Part shown: piece after piece, positions 25,691 to 35,689 of the stretch
Numbering within the stretch: position 1 is the first letter of the stretch
Layout of the letters: every line of letters begins with the position of its first letter
Source: a virus
Lineage: Duplodnaviria; Caudoviricetes
Virus record (IMG/VR): IMGVR_UViG_3300008113_000294
Coordinates: 1-54,689 of that record
Reading direction: 5' to 3' (one strand)
Length of the DNA stretch: 54,689 nucleotides
Notes under the pieces: generated by a model
Seen by the model: only the letters and a program-made list of their open reading frames with translations
Database searches by the model: none
Told to the model about the DNA's origin: nothing
Translations under genes and position numbers: made by a program

Positions 25691-27906
25691 ATGCCGCCGC
25701 TTATCATTGCCGCTGCTGCTGCTGCTACCGCTGCTGGTGTTAGCGCCGCTGTTGCGGGTACGGTTATCGCCGGGATCACGATTTCGGCAGTTGGTGCGGC
25801 AGCTATCGGGGCAATCGCTGCTATTGCCGTTTCTTATATTGGCTCAACGCTTTTAGCTTCTGTTAGCGGCGGCAATAAGGGGCCGGGGCAATCATCCTCA
25901 TTCGCCGGGTTGTCTGGATTAAGAACAACGGCGCGAAGTGCTGCAGCTGTGCACCAGATTGTTTATGGCCGAGTGCGCAAAGGCGGGACGCTAGTTTTTT
26001 TTCATTCAAAGCCTAAGCCGGGCAGCGCAAAGAATGAAATCCTATATCTGGCTATCGTTCTAGCCGCGAATGAGTGTGACGCCGTAGAGCAGTATTATAT
26101 AAACGGCACGCCTATCGTTATTGACTCGAATGGTGATTGCACGTCACCTTCAAAGTATGTGGGTTTGGTAAAGATTCAATTCAAACAGGCTTAGGCTCAC
26201 CAGATCAGCTGGCAAACGCCTTTTTTATCAGTGAATGCGAAGGGAAATGGACAGTAGAGCACCGCTTGCGCGGGCGCTGTACTGCCTATGTCAAACTCAC
26301 TTATGACGCGGCTGTTTTTGGCTCTGGAATTCCCAATATAAGCGCCGTTATTCGCGGCATGAAAGTTAAAGATTTTCGCACGGGTGTCACTGCTTATTCA
26401 GAAAACCCGGCTGTTTGTCTTTGGGATTATATGCAGCGCCGCGATAACATCGGGCGGCCTTTGGGTATTGGCGCAACGGAATCTATGCGCGATAATTCTT
26501 ACTGGACGGTTGCCGCTAATATTTGTGATGAATATGTAACAGTGCCGGGCGGCTTGGAAAAGCGATTCACTTGTAATGGCGCATTATCTATTGACGGTAC
26601 GCCTAAAAGTAAAATGGAGGAACTGCTAACTTCCTTTGCTGGGTCAACGTCTTATACCTCAGGCAAATGGCGCACTTTTGCCGCTGGATACGTTACCCCG
26701 TCTGTTGAATTCTCAGAGGATGACATAGCCACGATTGACGCATCGGACGTTGCTGTTACCGTGCAAACAAACAAGTCTTTAAAGGAAAAAATTAACGGTG
26801 TGAAAGCGCTCTACATCGATAGAGAGCAAGATTACAATCTTGTTGAGATGCCGGAAATATCCGTTAACGAAACGGAATTAAATCGGCGTTTTATCGATTT
26901 AACAATGCCTTTTACCAATTCCATTTACTGTGCGCAACGGATAGCCAATATTGCGCTTAAGCAGTCAAGAAAGCAGCTTAGCCTTTCCATCCCTTTAAAT
27001 TTTAAGGGCATGAAAATCACGCCAGGGGACAACGTCAAAATTTCTATCGAGCGTTTTGGATGGGCTAAAAAAGTCTTTAAATGCGTAGGCTGGACGCTGG
27101 ACGATTTAGGGCAAATTACCGCAACTTTCCGTGATGATTCCGTTGATATTTACAGTGATGATATCGATTATAAAAGCGGCGCGGCGCTGGAATCCGCAAC
27201 CGTTCCTAACTGGGTTGCTGAGGATGCAACCGCGCCGGATGGGCTTGTTGCGGTTGGCCTAAATAATTCCATCCAGCTATACTGGGATGAAGTGCAAGAC
27301 CCGTCTTTTTCATCGGTCAACATCTTTATGGCCAGCACAAACGACCGGGCAACGTCTACGCTTGTTGATAAGACCTCAACCCGCGCTTATACGGTCAACA
27401 ACCTACCTAGCAACGCAACCCGTTATTTCTGGATTCGTTCTGAGGATGTTTATGGCACGCTATCGGGCTTTGAGCCTAGCAGCCCTACTGGTGGCGTTTC
27501 AGCAACAACACAAGCGGATAGTTCGGCGCTAATCACTGTGACCGTCAATATCACTGTTGCCTCTCTTAACGTTGGTACAGCTATGGTTTTAGATGCGGCA
27601 ATCTTGCAGCAATATTATATACGAAATATTGTAATAACAGGCGTAGCTGATTTTGATCATTCCGGCGACAAACATGTAATATTGACGGATGGAATCACTA
27701 CTTGGACAACTTTAGATAAAGTATACCTTAAAAATTTAAGCCCCGCTCGTTGGGGGGAGACGCATGTGCCATACCCCGCTACGCAATCGGATATTTCAAA
27801 AGAGAGCGGTCCGGGTCAAGATATTAAAATGCAGTATAGTGGTGGAACTACTTCATATTTATCGGGGACGTTTACTGTATTAATGACCTATGAAAGGAAA
27901 CTCTAA
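25691..27906 (+). CDS. Tail-tip/host specificity protein (gpJ-like) with FN3 domain, frameshifted at ~26180
   Basis: IVYGRVR.GG; IPNISA.IRG.KV.D.R; NPA.CL.DY; FN3 Y.FWIRS.D..G..S. Confidence 0.8.
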
Positions 27907-27908
27907 CA

Positions 27909-28616
27909 ATGGCATCTTTGGTCTGGCCTGTTGACGTTCGCCCTTATTCACAGGAATTTTTCATAGAGACAAACGTTTCTAGATTCACCTCTCTTTTTAC
28001 AAAGCAGAGCCAGCTGCTGGAGCGGCAGGGAAAAAGATGGGTTTCGGTTGTCTCTTTTCGCGGTTTCTATGAGAGCGCGTTGCGCATTGAATCGCTGCTA
28101 GCGAAAATGAATGGCGGCGTGACAACGGTTTTAATGCCGGATTTTCGGCGGCTAGCCCCTCTAAATCCCCTTAATTCTATCCGTGATTATTATACGGAAT
28201 CAGGCACAACAACGTTTACCGATGGCGCAACCTTTGATGATGGCGCTGTTTTCTTTTCTGGTACGCTGGCTGATTATTTGGCGGATATTGAAATATACGC
28301 AACCGGGTTTGATAACGAGATTTTTTACAAGGGCGCTTTCCCGCTGCAAAAGGTTGTTAACGCTGGCGAGATTTTGCAAACCAGCGAAGGCCGCGTGCAT
28401 ATGATTATTGATGATTCGACCGCTGATTCTTTGGGTAACGGATCGTTTAAAGTTTACCCTACGCTTAAGACGTTCTCATATATTGGAAGCCGTCTAATTG
28501 ACCTCATGACTGCGCCTAGGGTATTAATGAGAGTAACGGCAAACGAATATATGCGCAACAGCAGTTCTGCACCGTTCAACTCAGAATACAACTTTTCTAT
28601 GGTTGAGGAACTATGA
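27909..28616 (+). CDS. Distal-tail-like protein
   Basis: F.S.FT.Q.Q..E..G.RW; L..MNG; HMI..D...D..G.....V.P.L. Confidence 0.55.
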   Translation: MASLVWPVDVRPYSQEFFIETNVSRFTSLFTKQSQLLERQGKRWVSVVSFRGFYESALRIESLLAKMNGGVTTVLMPDFRRLAPLNPLNSIRDYYTESGTTTFTDGATFDDGAVFFSGTLADYLADIEIYATGFDNEIFYKGAFPLQKVVNAGEILQTSEGRVHMIIDDSTADSLGNGSFKVYPTLKTFSYIGSRLIDLMTAPRVLMRVTANEYMRNSSSAPFNSEYNFSMVEEL

Positions 28617-31600
28617 CAATTTACACGCCAGATGAAATAATCCCCGCCTCTGGCAACGTGCCAAAAGATAAGTTGCGCGAGTTTATCCGTCAAACTGGTG
28701 TTGCTAATATCAATCGCTTAAAGATTATTCGCATACAAGACCAAGCTGGCTATATTGGTGATTATAATTCCGATACCGGATCGGGAAGTTCTGATCACGT
28801 TGCTTTTGGCAATGCTCTTGATGCGATGCTAGCAGACGAAGATGCCGTTTTAGAAGGTAACGGGCAGCCTCTATTCCTTGGCACTACAAACTTAGGTGCA
28901 AAGCGTATTTCACCCCGTGCGCGGTTCTACTGGAACGGCACGAGGATTTATGCTGATACCCGCCCTGGCGGTGTTTACAACACGGGCGGCATAATAACCC
29001 TCAATGCGCCGCAAGGTATGTACCATGAGGATTTAATTCTTAATGGGTTAACAGAGCACCGTATCACATCAATATCTGTATCAGGCACAACGGCAACGGT
29101 TACAACGGCGGATGCACATGGCTACGTTCCCAATCAATTAACGTATTTATGGGGCGTTGAGCAGCCCACTGGATCTCTAACAACTATCGAGACAATTCTT
29201 TCAGCAAGGGAATATAATGGACGCAAAGTTGTTTTAAGCGTTCCTACCACAACGAGTTTTACTTTCGCTGTGACGGCAGGAACTCCTACAAACCCCGTGG
29301 TGCTGCGCGGGCGCTGCGCTTGGACTAAAAATATTCTTTTTGGCGGCGATGGGTTGCGGCTGTTCACTGGCCAGTATGTTCACCTTAACCGCGTGCGCTT
29401 TGAATCGATTAATGACGGTTACGTGCGGTATACAACAACAACAAACAACTCAGCCATTCAAGCAAACCCCTATGCGCCAGTTGCCGCTGGCTTCTTAAAG
29501 ATGACGGATTGTCATGCCATCAATTGCGTGCAGGCTTCCACTTCTTTCGGTGGCGCATATAACGTTGATATAACGGGTCACACATACGAAGGCGGGCGAG
29601 CATCTAGCTTTAAATTTGCCTCACAACTCGCGGGCGGCGGATCATTCCGCTATCACGGTCAAGTGCGAGATACTGTGCCAGCCGCTTTCGGCGGATTTGA
29701 TGCATCACATCCTAACTGTTATGCGGGCGTAGGATTTGTTGCGGAAGGCGTCAATTTCTTTGATGTCGACCTTTTGCTTGATGGCGTGCGCGAAGGTTTC
29801 AATATTCTGCCTAACCGCGATGCGGATGCTATTGCAACGTCTAAAATTGCAAACCATGGCCACATACGAATCAATGCACGCAATTGCGGCGATCCTTTAA
29901 ATAGGCGCTTATGGAACGTGGGACGGATTGAGGATAACTCTACGCAAACCTCTGTAATCGACGGTTGCCGCAACATAACTTTTGATATCAATGTCGAAAA
30001 CTTGCGCGGGTGGGCGATAAGAATTGGTAACAACTTAGGCCACATGAATACCATTTCTGGGAAAGTGCGCACTACAGGTTGCTTAGGCGCTCTTGTGATG
30101 CGCTTGCGAAACGGTGGGCGCAGTAAGATTGAAGTTGAAGGCGATGGCACTGGCGCAAGCACCGATGATTTATGGGTAACAAACACTGTTGCATATAAGG
30201 TTAGCGAGGGCATGGTTTATAACGGTGGTGTTTGGCGCTGCGATGTTTCACCGGGGACAAATTCCACTATTGCTCCTACAGGAACCGGGGTTATAGCAAC
30301 TGCGGACGGTTACACTTGGAAATATATTCATCCTAGCACTGGCATTGATATTGATTCAGACGAATCAACGGCCTTGATGCAAGAGGTTGATCTTGATTTA
30401 ATTTACCGCAATAACCCGGTGGGTGGCGGCGTGTATTTAAGTAAATTATACGGCGCAAGTTATAACGTTGTTGCAACTGGCAATAGTGGCCCAGGCTTAA
30501 ATGAGCAGGCGCTTACAAACTGCCTTGCAAAAAATATCATGGCGCACAGAAACGGCAGCACTCAGGTTAATTCGACTGGTTTAATAAATCACAACTACGC
30601 TGTGCTTGATTATGATTGTGATAACAATGCATTCAATCCGCATACAATCGATTCTTATCAAGGGGTTGTCATCAATAAGCGTACCATTCGCAATGCCGCG
30701 TCAACCGCTAACATCAATCTAAACGGGCTGCGCCCCGATGGAATCACCATCACAGAACCCGCCGCAATGATTAACTGTACAACCGTGCAGGATGTTTTGA
30801 ATAACTTAGGTTATGCCTACAAGCATTTAATGGATAAGAATAAATTTAATATAGAGGTTCCCGGTATCGCCGATGCGGGGAGCGCAGGCGGAACGCCGGG
30901 CGTATATCCGGGCGGCTCTCGTTTACGCTTAGGCTCTTTTGGCACTACGCTACAAAAGGGCGGCGCGGCTGCTGGCTCTATGACGTATGACTGCAAAAAC
31001 CCCGGCATCTATGTACCGAACGCATATGCAGCAGGCGCACCCCCGGTGGCAAAGCGGATTAACGGCGCGAACACATTTACCAGCGGATGCGGTTGGGCGG
31101 CTACTAATAATACTGTTGTTGGCTGTATCGCGGTTTATGAAGTTGTCAACTTTGGCGAAGCTGGCGCAACGGGCAACTTAGGAACGGAACCGCCAGCCGA
31201 TACGTTTGGTATTGTTGACGGTAGCAATATTAATACCAATGCGCATTGGTGGCTCTACCTGAATAACTATAAGGATTTAGGCAGCGCCGGATCGCCGCTG
31301 TGGGCATCGGGTCAAACTGTACAGCCGGGCGCTATACGTAGTGTGGGTTTTGCTCTAACAAGTCTCACAGGGAACGGCACAACCGCAACAGCAGTTAAAG
31401 CTAGCCATGGTCTTTCCACCGGGGATAAGCGTTATATTGCTCGCGCTAATGGCCAATTCAGCACCTATAATCAAACAACGCAAAATTTCGACTTGGTAAC
31501 GATAACCGTTGTTGATGCGAACACGTTTACCTTCCCTTCTTTAGGCACGGGAACAGCCGCCCCATCTACAGGAAACACTGAAATTGTTTGCTTGACGGGT

Positions 31601-31729
31601 TGCTATGAAATGGTAGCACCGAACACAAGAACAACAGGTTCAACTGCCCCGGTAGGGCGCGGCATAGTGTCTGGTAACTATTTTCTTGCCGTTGCTGGCG
31701 CGGGCGTTAAGTTTGTGAAGGTGGCATAA
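28613..31729 (+). CDS. Tail fibre/spike with beta-helix-like core
   Basis: 1038 aa, G/N/T-rich; D..AF..ALD start of a pectin-lyase-like helix; two ITS....GTTAT.....HG inserts. Confidence 0.75.
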   Translation: MTIYTPDEIIPASGNVPKDKLREFIRQTGVANINRLKIIRIQDQAGYIGDYNSDTGSGSSDHVAFGNALDAMLADEDAVLEGNGQPLFLGTTNLGAKRISPRARFYWNGTRIYADTRPGGVYNTGGIITLNAPQGMYHEDLILNGLTEHRITSISVSGTTATVTTADAHGYVPNQLTYLWGVEQPTGSLTTIETILSAREYNGRKVVLSVPTTTSFTFAVTAGTPTNPVVLRGRCAWTKNILFGGDGLRLFTGQYVHLNRVRFESINDGYVRYTTTTNNSAIQANPYAPVAAGFLKMTDCHAINCVQASTSFGGAYNVDITGHTYEGGRASSFKFASQLAGGGSFRYHGQVRDTVPAAFGGFDASHPNCYAGVGFVAEGVNFFDVDLLLDGVREGFNILPNRDADAIATSKIANHGHIRINARNCGDPLNRRLWNVGRIEDNSTQTSVIDGCRNITFDINVENLRGWAIRIGNNLGHMNTISGKVRTTGCLGALVMRLRNGGRSKIEVEGDGTGASTDDLWVTNTVAYKVSEGMVYNGGVWRCDVSPGTNSTIAPTGTGVIATADGYTWKYIHPSTGIDIDSDESTALMQEVDLDLIYRNNPVGGGVYLSKLYGASYNVVATGNSGPGLNEQALTNCLAKNIMAHRNGSTQVNSTGLINHNYAVLDYDCDNNAFNPHTIDSYQGVVINKRTIRNAASTANINLNGLRPDGITITEPAAMINCTTVQDVLNNLGYAYKHLMDKNKFNIEVPGIADAGSAGGTPGVYPGGSRLRLGSFGTTLQKGGAAAGSMTYDCKNPGIYVPNAYAAGAPPVAKRINGANTFTSGCGWAATNNTVVGCIAVYEVVNFGEAGATGNLGTEPPADTFGIVDGSNINTNAHWWLYLNNYKDLGSAGSPLWASGQTVQPGAIRSVGFALTSLTGNGTTATAVKASHGLSTGDKRYIARANGQFSTYNQTTQNFDLVTITVVDANTFTFPSLGTGTAAPSTGNTEIVCLTGCYEMVAPNTRTTGSTAPVGRGIVSGNYFLAVAGAGVKFVKVA

Positions 31730-31731
31730 AT

Positions 31732-31938
31732 ATGACGGATACACGATCAATCGTTAGCGTACAGGCGGTTAAGGTTCGCCAAGTTGACGGCAGCGGCACA
31801 ACAACAGCGTATCTTGATCACTTGTTGGTTACGCTTTATGGCGGCGAAAGCTTTTACACGCGGCCTTTGGGGCATCCCCTTTGCGCGTATGAAGGTCAAA
31901 TTCAAGACTGGATAGATGCTGGCGGCGTAATCACCTAA
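31732..31938 (+). CDS. Small tail-fibre-associated protein
   Basis: Directly follows the fibre gene; ends IQDWIDAGG. Confidence 0.55.
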   Translation: MTDTRSIVSVQAVKVRQVDGSGTTTAYLDHLLVTLYGGESFYTRPLGHPLCAYEGQIQDWIDAGGVIT

Positions 31939-32302
31939 GCCCTAAAAACTTTTCAACCTTATTGAATAGGCTCTCCACCTTTTGGCGCGGCGTCTTAGGT
32001 GCTTCAAAAAATAATTCAAAATCAGCATCGTGGTGAAACTTTCTAAAGGTTTCAAAATCCTCTTTATTGTCAAAAATCAGCACGCTGTTTCCGAAATAAT
32101 AAGCCAGCTTGTGACTCATTATGCTAACATTCACACCATGCAAATCTGTGTATCCCGGCGCGGGGAAAATTTGTAAAGCGTGAACGCCTGTTCTTGGATC
32201 ATACCCGTACTTCATGCGTATCTGGCTGGCATCCGCCACGTTTGGTTTTATTTTTTGAGGCTTTGGCGTTGGCTTTTTAAATTCCAAGATGTTATCCGTC
32301 AT
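31931..32302 (-). CDS. Hypothetical protein
   Basis: Last gene of a small leftward operon. Confidence 0.55.
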   Translation of the reverse strand: MTDNILEFKKPTPKPQKIKPNVADASQIRMKYGYDPRTGVHALQIFPAPGYTDLHGVNVSIMSHKLAYYFGNSVLIFDNKEDFETFRKFHHDADFELFFEAPKTPRQKVESLFNKVEKFLGLR

Positions 32303-32553
32303 AGAGTTTCTAACTCCTCCTCAACATAGGGTGGCCATTCATTCCAGCCGCGCATTGCGCCGTATATTACAGCGAGCTGTTTCGTTTTAAAACCAGCAAT
32401 ATGCATAAAGGGAAAATGCTTTCGCAGAATAATGCAATAATAAGGTTTGGGGCATATCCAGCACCAGCGCAAAATGTCATCGGGGAATTCTGTTAACTCA
32501 AACGGACCCGTTTTGTTTCGGGCGTGCGCGAGTAATTCAGTCACGCGCCGCAC
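32299..32553 (-). CDS. Hypothetical protein
   Basis: Overlapping-operon packing. Confidence 0.45.
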   Translation of the reverse strand: MRRVTELLAHARNKTGPFELTEFPDDILRWCWICPKPYYCIILRKHFPFMHIAGFKTKQLAVIYGAMRGWNEWPPYVEEELETL

Positions 32554-32770
32554 CGTTTGCTTTTGGTCTTTTGGAGTTGTTGAGCCAATCCCAATCTCTA
32601 ATTGACGCGAGGCCAGTCACTACGCCGCAATAGTGGCATATGCCGTGATGAAAGGTTGCAACGTGCTGCTCTGGCCATATCGCATCTCGCTCTTGTGCGC
32701 AGGGCGTACATATATAATTTTCATCCCCGGCGAGCCGCAACGTGCGCCTGTTATCGATTATTGCCGTCAT
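32537..32770 (-). CDS. Small zinc-binding hypothetical protein
   Basis: CTPC...CHYC motifs. Confidence 0.55.
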   Translation of the reverse strand: MTAIIDNRRTLRLAGDENYICTPCAQERDAIWPEQHVATFHHGICHYCGVVTGLASIRDWDWLNNSKRPKANGAARD

Positions 32771-32940
32771 GGTTTTTCATCCCTATTTTTAAAAGCTATT
32801 GCCGCGTTCAATTCAGCGGCTTCTTTTTCCGCCTGCTCATGGTAAAGCCAGCAGCTAACAGTAACGGCGGGCTTGTCATCTTTTACATAGCGAACCTCAG
32901 AGCCGAATTTTCCGCTGAATACAAAGTATTTTTCCGTCAT
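32767..32940 (-). CDS. Hypothetical protein
   Basis: MTEKYFVF...; ATGA overlaps at both ends. Confidence 0.5.
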   Translation of the reverse strand: MTEKYFVFSGKFGSEVRYVKDDKPAVTVSCWLYHEQAEKEAAELNAAIAFKNRDEKP

Positions 32941-33176
32941 TGTTGCCCACCATACCATTTTAGAAACTCAGCAGCACCACCTTCAAACATTCGCCCTTGC
33001 GCCCGCCACTTGCCCCGGCTGGGATAGAAGTCAACAAGGGGCTTATCCTTTTCACGAAAGAGGATTGTTTCACCGCCATTCGCTTTTGAGAATTTTACGT
33101 TGCTTTGCAGCAAGATATCCATGTTTTCTTTTTTTGTTATAGTCTTTTTACTCTGGATGGCCTGATAATCCTGCAT
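32937..33176 (-). CDS. Hypothetical phage protein
   Basis: VDFYPSRGKW motif typical of small phage proteins. Confidence 0.55.
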   Translation of the reverse strand: MQDYQAIQSKKTITKKENMDILLQSNVKFSKANGGETILFREKDKPLVDFYPSRGKWRAQGRMFEGGAAEFLKWYGGQQ

Positions 33177-33179
33177 CGT

Positions 33180-33365
33180 TTACACCTTCTTTTTTTTAAA
33201 GGAAAATTTTCTTGTTATTGCAACACGCGGCGATATATCCGCCATTAGCTTATATAGGCTCATGGCGATAGTCTTTTCGTTAAAATCAACCGTGCTATCA
33301 ACATAGATTAAATCTATTATTTCAGCCGATTGATTATCATTGGCCGTGCTTATTTCTTTTTCCAT
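33180..33365 (-). CDS. Hypothetical protein
   Basis: 61-aa ORF in operon. Confidence 0.4.
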   Translation of the reverse strand: MEKEISTANDNQSAEIIDLIYVDSTVDFNEKTIAMSLYKLMADISPRVAITRKFSFKKKKV

Positions 33366-33559
33366 AGGCGTTGCCGTCTGTTGTCATTTATAGGCGCTTT
33401 AAGTTTAGATAGGCCGTATTGCTTCCCCACAACTCTATGCACTGGTTTGCGGCTCTTTGCCCGCAGTATTTCGTGGATAGCCAGCACCGCAATCGCAATT
33501 GAAGTTGAAATAAAGAAAAGAATCATGAGTATATTTGGGACGCCTGCAAAGCTGCTCAT
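33350..33559 (-). CDS. Small membrane protein
   Basis: N-terminal TM helix; GGAG RBS. Confidence 0.5.
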   Translation of the reverse strand: MSSFAGVPNILMILFFISTSIAIAVLAIHEILRAKSRKPVHRVVGKQYGLSKLKAPINDNRRQRLWKKK

Positions 33560-33744
33560 GCTGCTAGCTCCTCAGTGTTTGTCATGCCCAATTCAGCACG
33601 CACAATGCCGATAATGCTTTCCATATTATCCGGGATTGCCTTGTTGCTTTGTATAAATTGCAGAGCATCTAGGGCTAGTATAAGCGTAGATTTTGTACTA
33701 TTAGTTGTAATGTTTTCGCTAGGTGTTTTCATTTTTGGCTCCAT
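33556..33744 (-). CDS. Hypothetical protein
   Basis: First gene after the leftward promoter. Confidence 0.45.
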   Translation of the reverse strand: MEPKMKTPSENITTNSTKSTLILALDALQFIQSNKAIPDNMESIIGIVRAELGMTNTEELAA

Positions 33745-33753
33745 GTGATATTG

Positions 33754-33781
33754 TTAATAACGAGTTAATTAACGCAGTCAA
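33754..33781 (-). promoter_or_regulatory. Leftward promoter TTGACT-N16-TATTAA
   Basis: Divergent intergenic region before the leftward operon. Confidence 0.45.
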
Positions 33782-33925
33782 GAAATAAACGTCAAGTTTA
33801 TTTGAGGTGCTAAAAAAGATGAACATTGTAACGCAAACAATGCTTGATGAGGGCGGCCAGAAATGAGCAACAATGTTGTGTGCTTGTCAAGAAATGCCCC
33901 TGAAAGAACGGGGAGGCTTTTTCTA

Positions 33926-34174
33926 ATGACGCATGATGTAAATGATTTATTTAGGCTTTTGTCTGTAATGGAAGAGAGACAAAAAAATCATCAAAAAGAT
34001 TTTGAAGTCTTTAAGGAAGAGTTCAAAGAAAAACAAAAAACATTGCATAGCCGGATTGATTCCCTAGAGCAAACACGCACAAAATGGGCAACAGGTGCAA
34101 CTGTTTTATTCGCTCTTGGCGCAGCTAGCGACCAGATATTTAAGGCTATTTCATCTATTCTAACGAAGGTTTAA
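33926..34174 (+). CDS. Coiled-coil + C-terminal TM lysis-associated (holin/XhlA-like) protein
   Basis: GGGAGG RBS; RIDSLEQ..KW.TGATVLF; precedes the endolysin. Confidence 0.55.
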   Translation: MTHDVNDLFRLLSVMEERQKNHQKDFEVFKEEFKEKQKTLHSRIDSLEQTRTKWATGATVLFALGAASDQIFKAISSILTKV

Positions 34175-34180
34175 AAGACA

Positions 34181-34717
34181 ATGAGTGATATTTTTGACAC
34201 GGCCATTATCTCAATATTAGAGAATGAAGGCGGTTTTAGTGATGATCCTACGGATCGCGGCGGGCGCACTCAGTACGGAATCACACAGGCCACTTATGAT
34301 GGCTGGAATGACAGCAAAGACAAAAAGCGCGTTGACGTTGCTAAAATAACACATGAAGAGGCAATAGAAATTTACCGCGCTAACTATTGGGACGCGGGTA
34401 AGTTTGAGTTAATCGAAAGCCCCCTTATTGCCAGCAAACTCTTTGACCTTGCCGTTAATTGCGGCGTTGGCGCTGCCTCTATCCTGTTGCAGGATGCCGT
34501 CAATATCTGTAGCAGGGCGCAGTTAAGCCTTGACGGCTCAATAGGTCCTAAGACCGCGCAGGCGGCAAACGCCATAGATGAAACGTTGCTTTATAACATG
34601 GTGCGGTTTCTGGCCGCCCACCGCTATTTAAACCTCATTAACAAAAGCCCTGATCAGGTAAAATTCCGCCGGGGCTGGTTATTGCGCCTTTCAAAAGACA
34701 ACATCCCAAAGGATTAA
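34181..34717 (+). CDS. Endolysin, glycoside hydrolase family 108 with PG-binding domain
   Basis: EGGFSDDP.DRGG.T.YGIT; FD.AVN.G; DG.IGP.T; F.RGW..R. Confidence 0.9.
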   Translation: MSDIFDTAIISILENEGGFSDDPTDRGGRTQYGITQATYDGWNDSKDKKRVDVAKITHEEAIEIYRANYWDAGKFELIESPLIASKLFDLAVNCGVGAASILLQDAVNICSRAQLSLDGSIGPKTAQAANAIDETLLYNMVRFLAAHRYLNLINKSPDQVKFRRGWLLRLSKDNIPKD

Positions 34718-34723
34718 AGGTTT

Positions 34724-35248
34724 ATGGCTGGCACTTGGAAAGAGATTGTTGCAACCGTTGCTCCCAGCCTGGCAACAGCAATAGGCGGACCTCTTTCTGG
34801 TTTGGCCGTTGCGGCTCTTGGTGATGTCTTTGGCTTATCGGATGCAACACAAGAACAGGTTGCGGCAGCCGTTGCCGGGGCGCGGCCAGACGACCTACTA
34901 AAGATAAAACAAGCTGAGATAGCTTTTGCGCAGCGGATGCGCGAGCTTGAAATAGACTTAGTACGAATTTCGGCTGGCGATAGGGATTCAGCGCGGCAAA
35001 GACAAATAGCGGTAAAAGACAAGATGCCCGCCCTGCTGGCAACCGCTGTTAGTTTAGGCTTTTTCGGGGTGCTGGTTTACCTGCTGCAAAACCAGATGCC
35101 CGAAAGCGGGAAAGAGGTTATCTTGCTGCTTATCGGGGCGCTATCCCGCGAGTTTGGGAACATCATGTCATACTATTTTGGCAGCAGCTCTGGATCAGAG
35201 CAAAAAACAAAGATAATGGCCGACCAGCTCAAGGGCGATGCCAAGTAG
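34724..35248 (+). CDS. Holin (GTA-type 3-TM-like)
   Basis: VAP.LATA.GGPL; DR.SAR.RQ; two C-terminal TMs; YYFGSS.GS. Confidence 0.75.
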   Translation: MAGTWKEIVATVAPSLATAIGGPLSGLAVAALGDVFGLSDATQEQVAAAVAGARPDDLLKIKQAEIAFAQRMRELEIDLVRISAGDRDSARQRQIAVKDKMPALLATAVSLGFFGVLVYLLQNQMPESGKEVILLLIGALSREFGNIMSYYFGSSSGSEQKTKIMADQLKGDAK

Positions 35249-35678
35249 AATTATAGCAATCGGTATTCCATACCCCGCGTGAATCAAGCACCGCGTCTAT
35301 CTGTGCGCAGCTGTAGGGATCATAAAAGTTGTTAGTATCAAGTGTGGCGTATCCCCGCCGTAAAAGCGCTATGGCAATATTCTGAATGTTCGCCCCGGTA
35401 AGGCCGCTGATTCTGCATATGCCTGATAATCGGTTGCACTCAGTAAAACCGAACCGCAGCATGGAGTTTAGCAATTCTAAAGTGTCATAGGGGCATTTTT
35501 CCGTTGCCTTAAACCCCTTTATCCCCACCACCTGATAGTTCATTCCATCTAAGCGGATAAACACTAGCCCTTGGCTGTTTAAAAAAGCTGTTGGCGCGGT
35601 GCTAAACTTAATGATTAGAAGTATAAAAAAAACCGCCACTGCTGCAATGACGGTTCTCTTTAGGTGCTTTTTCTGCAT
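35229..35678 (-). CDS. Signal-anchored thermonuclease (SNase)-like protein, divergent
   Basis: N-terminal TM; NI..ALLRRGYA...Y..AQ..A....RGVW tail; AGGAG RBS. Confidence 0.5.
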   Translation of the reverse strand: MQKKHLKRTVIAAVAVFFILLIIKFSTAPTAFLNSQGLVFIRLDGMNYQVVGIKGFKATEKCPYDTLELLNSMLRFGFTECNRLSGICRISGLTGANIQNIAIALLRRGYATLDTNNFYDPYSCAQIDAVLDSRGVWNTDCYNSTWHRP

Positions 35679-35689
35679 AGGAATCTCCT

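Noticed and set aside
25706-25760. GCT/GCC trinucleotide run
   Set aside because: Encodes the poly-Ala N-terminus usual for tail-tip proteins.
29719-30213. 164-aa minus-strand ORF within the tail spike
   Set aside because: Codon-bias shadow ORF.
13166-31729. Diversity-generating retroelement suggested by repeated modules in fibre genes
   Set aside because: No reverse transcriptase and no near-identical TR/VR pair; the repeats are diverged at protein level.
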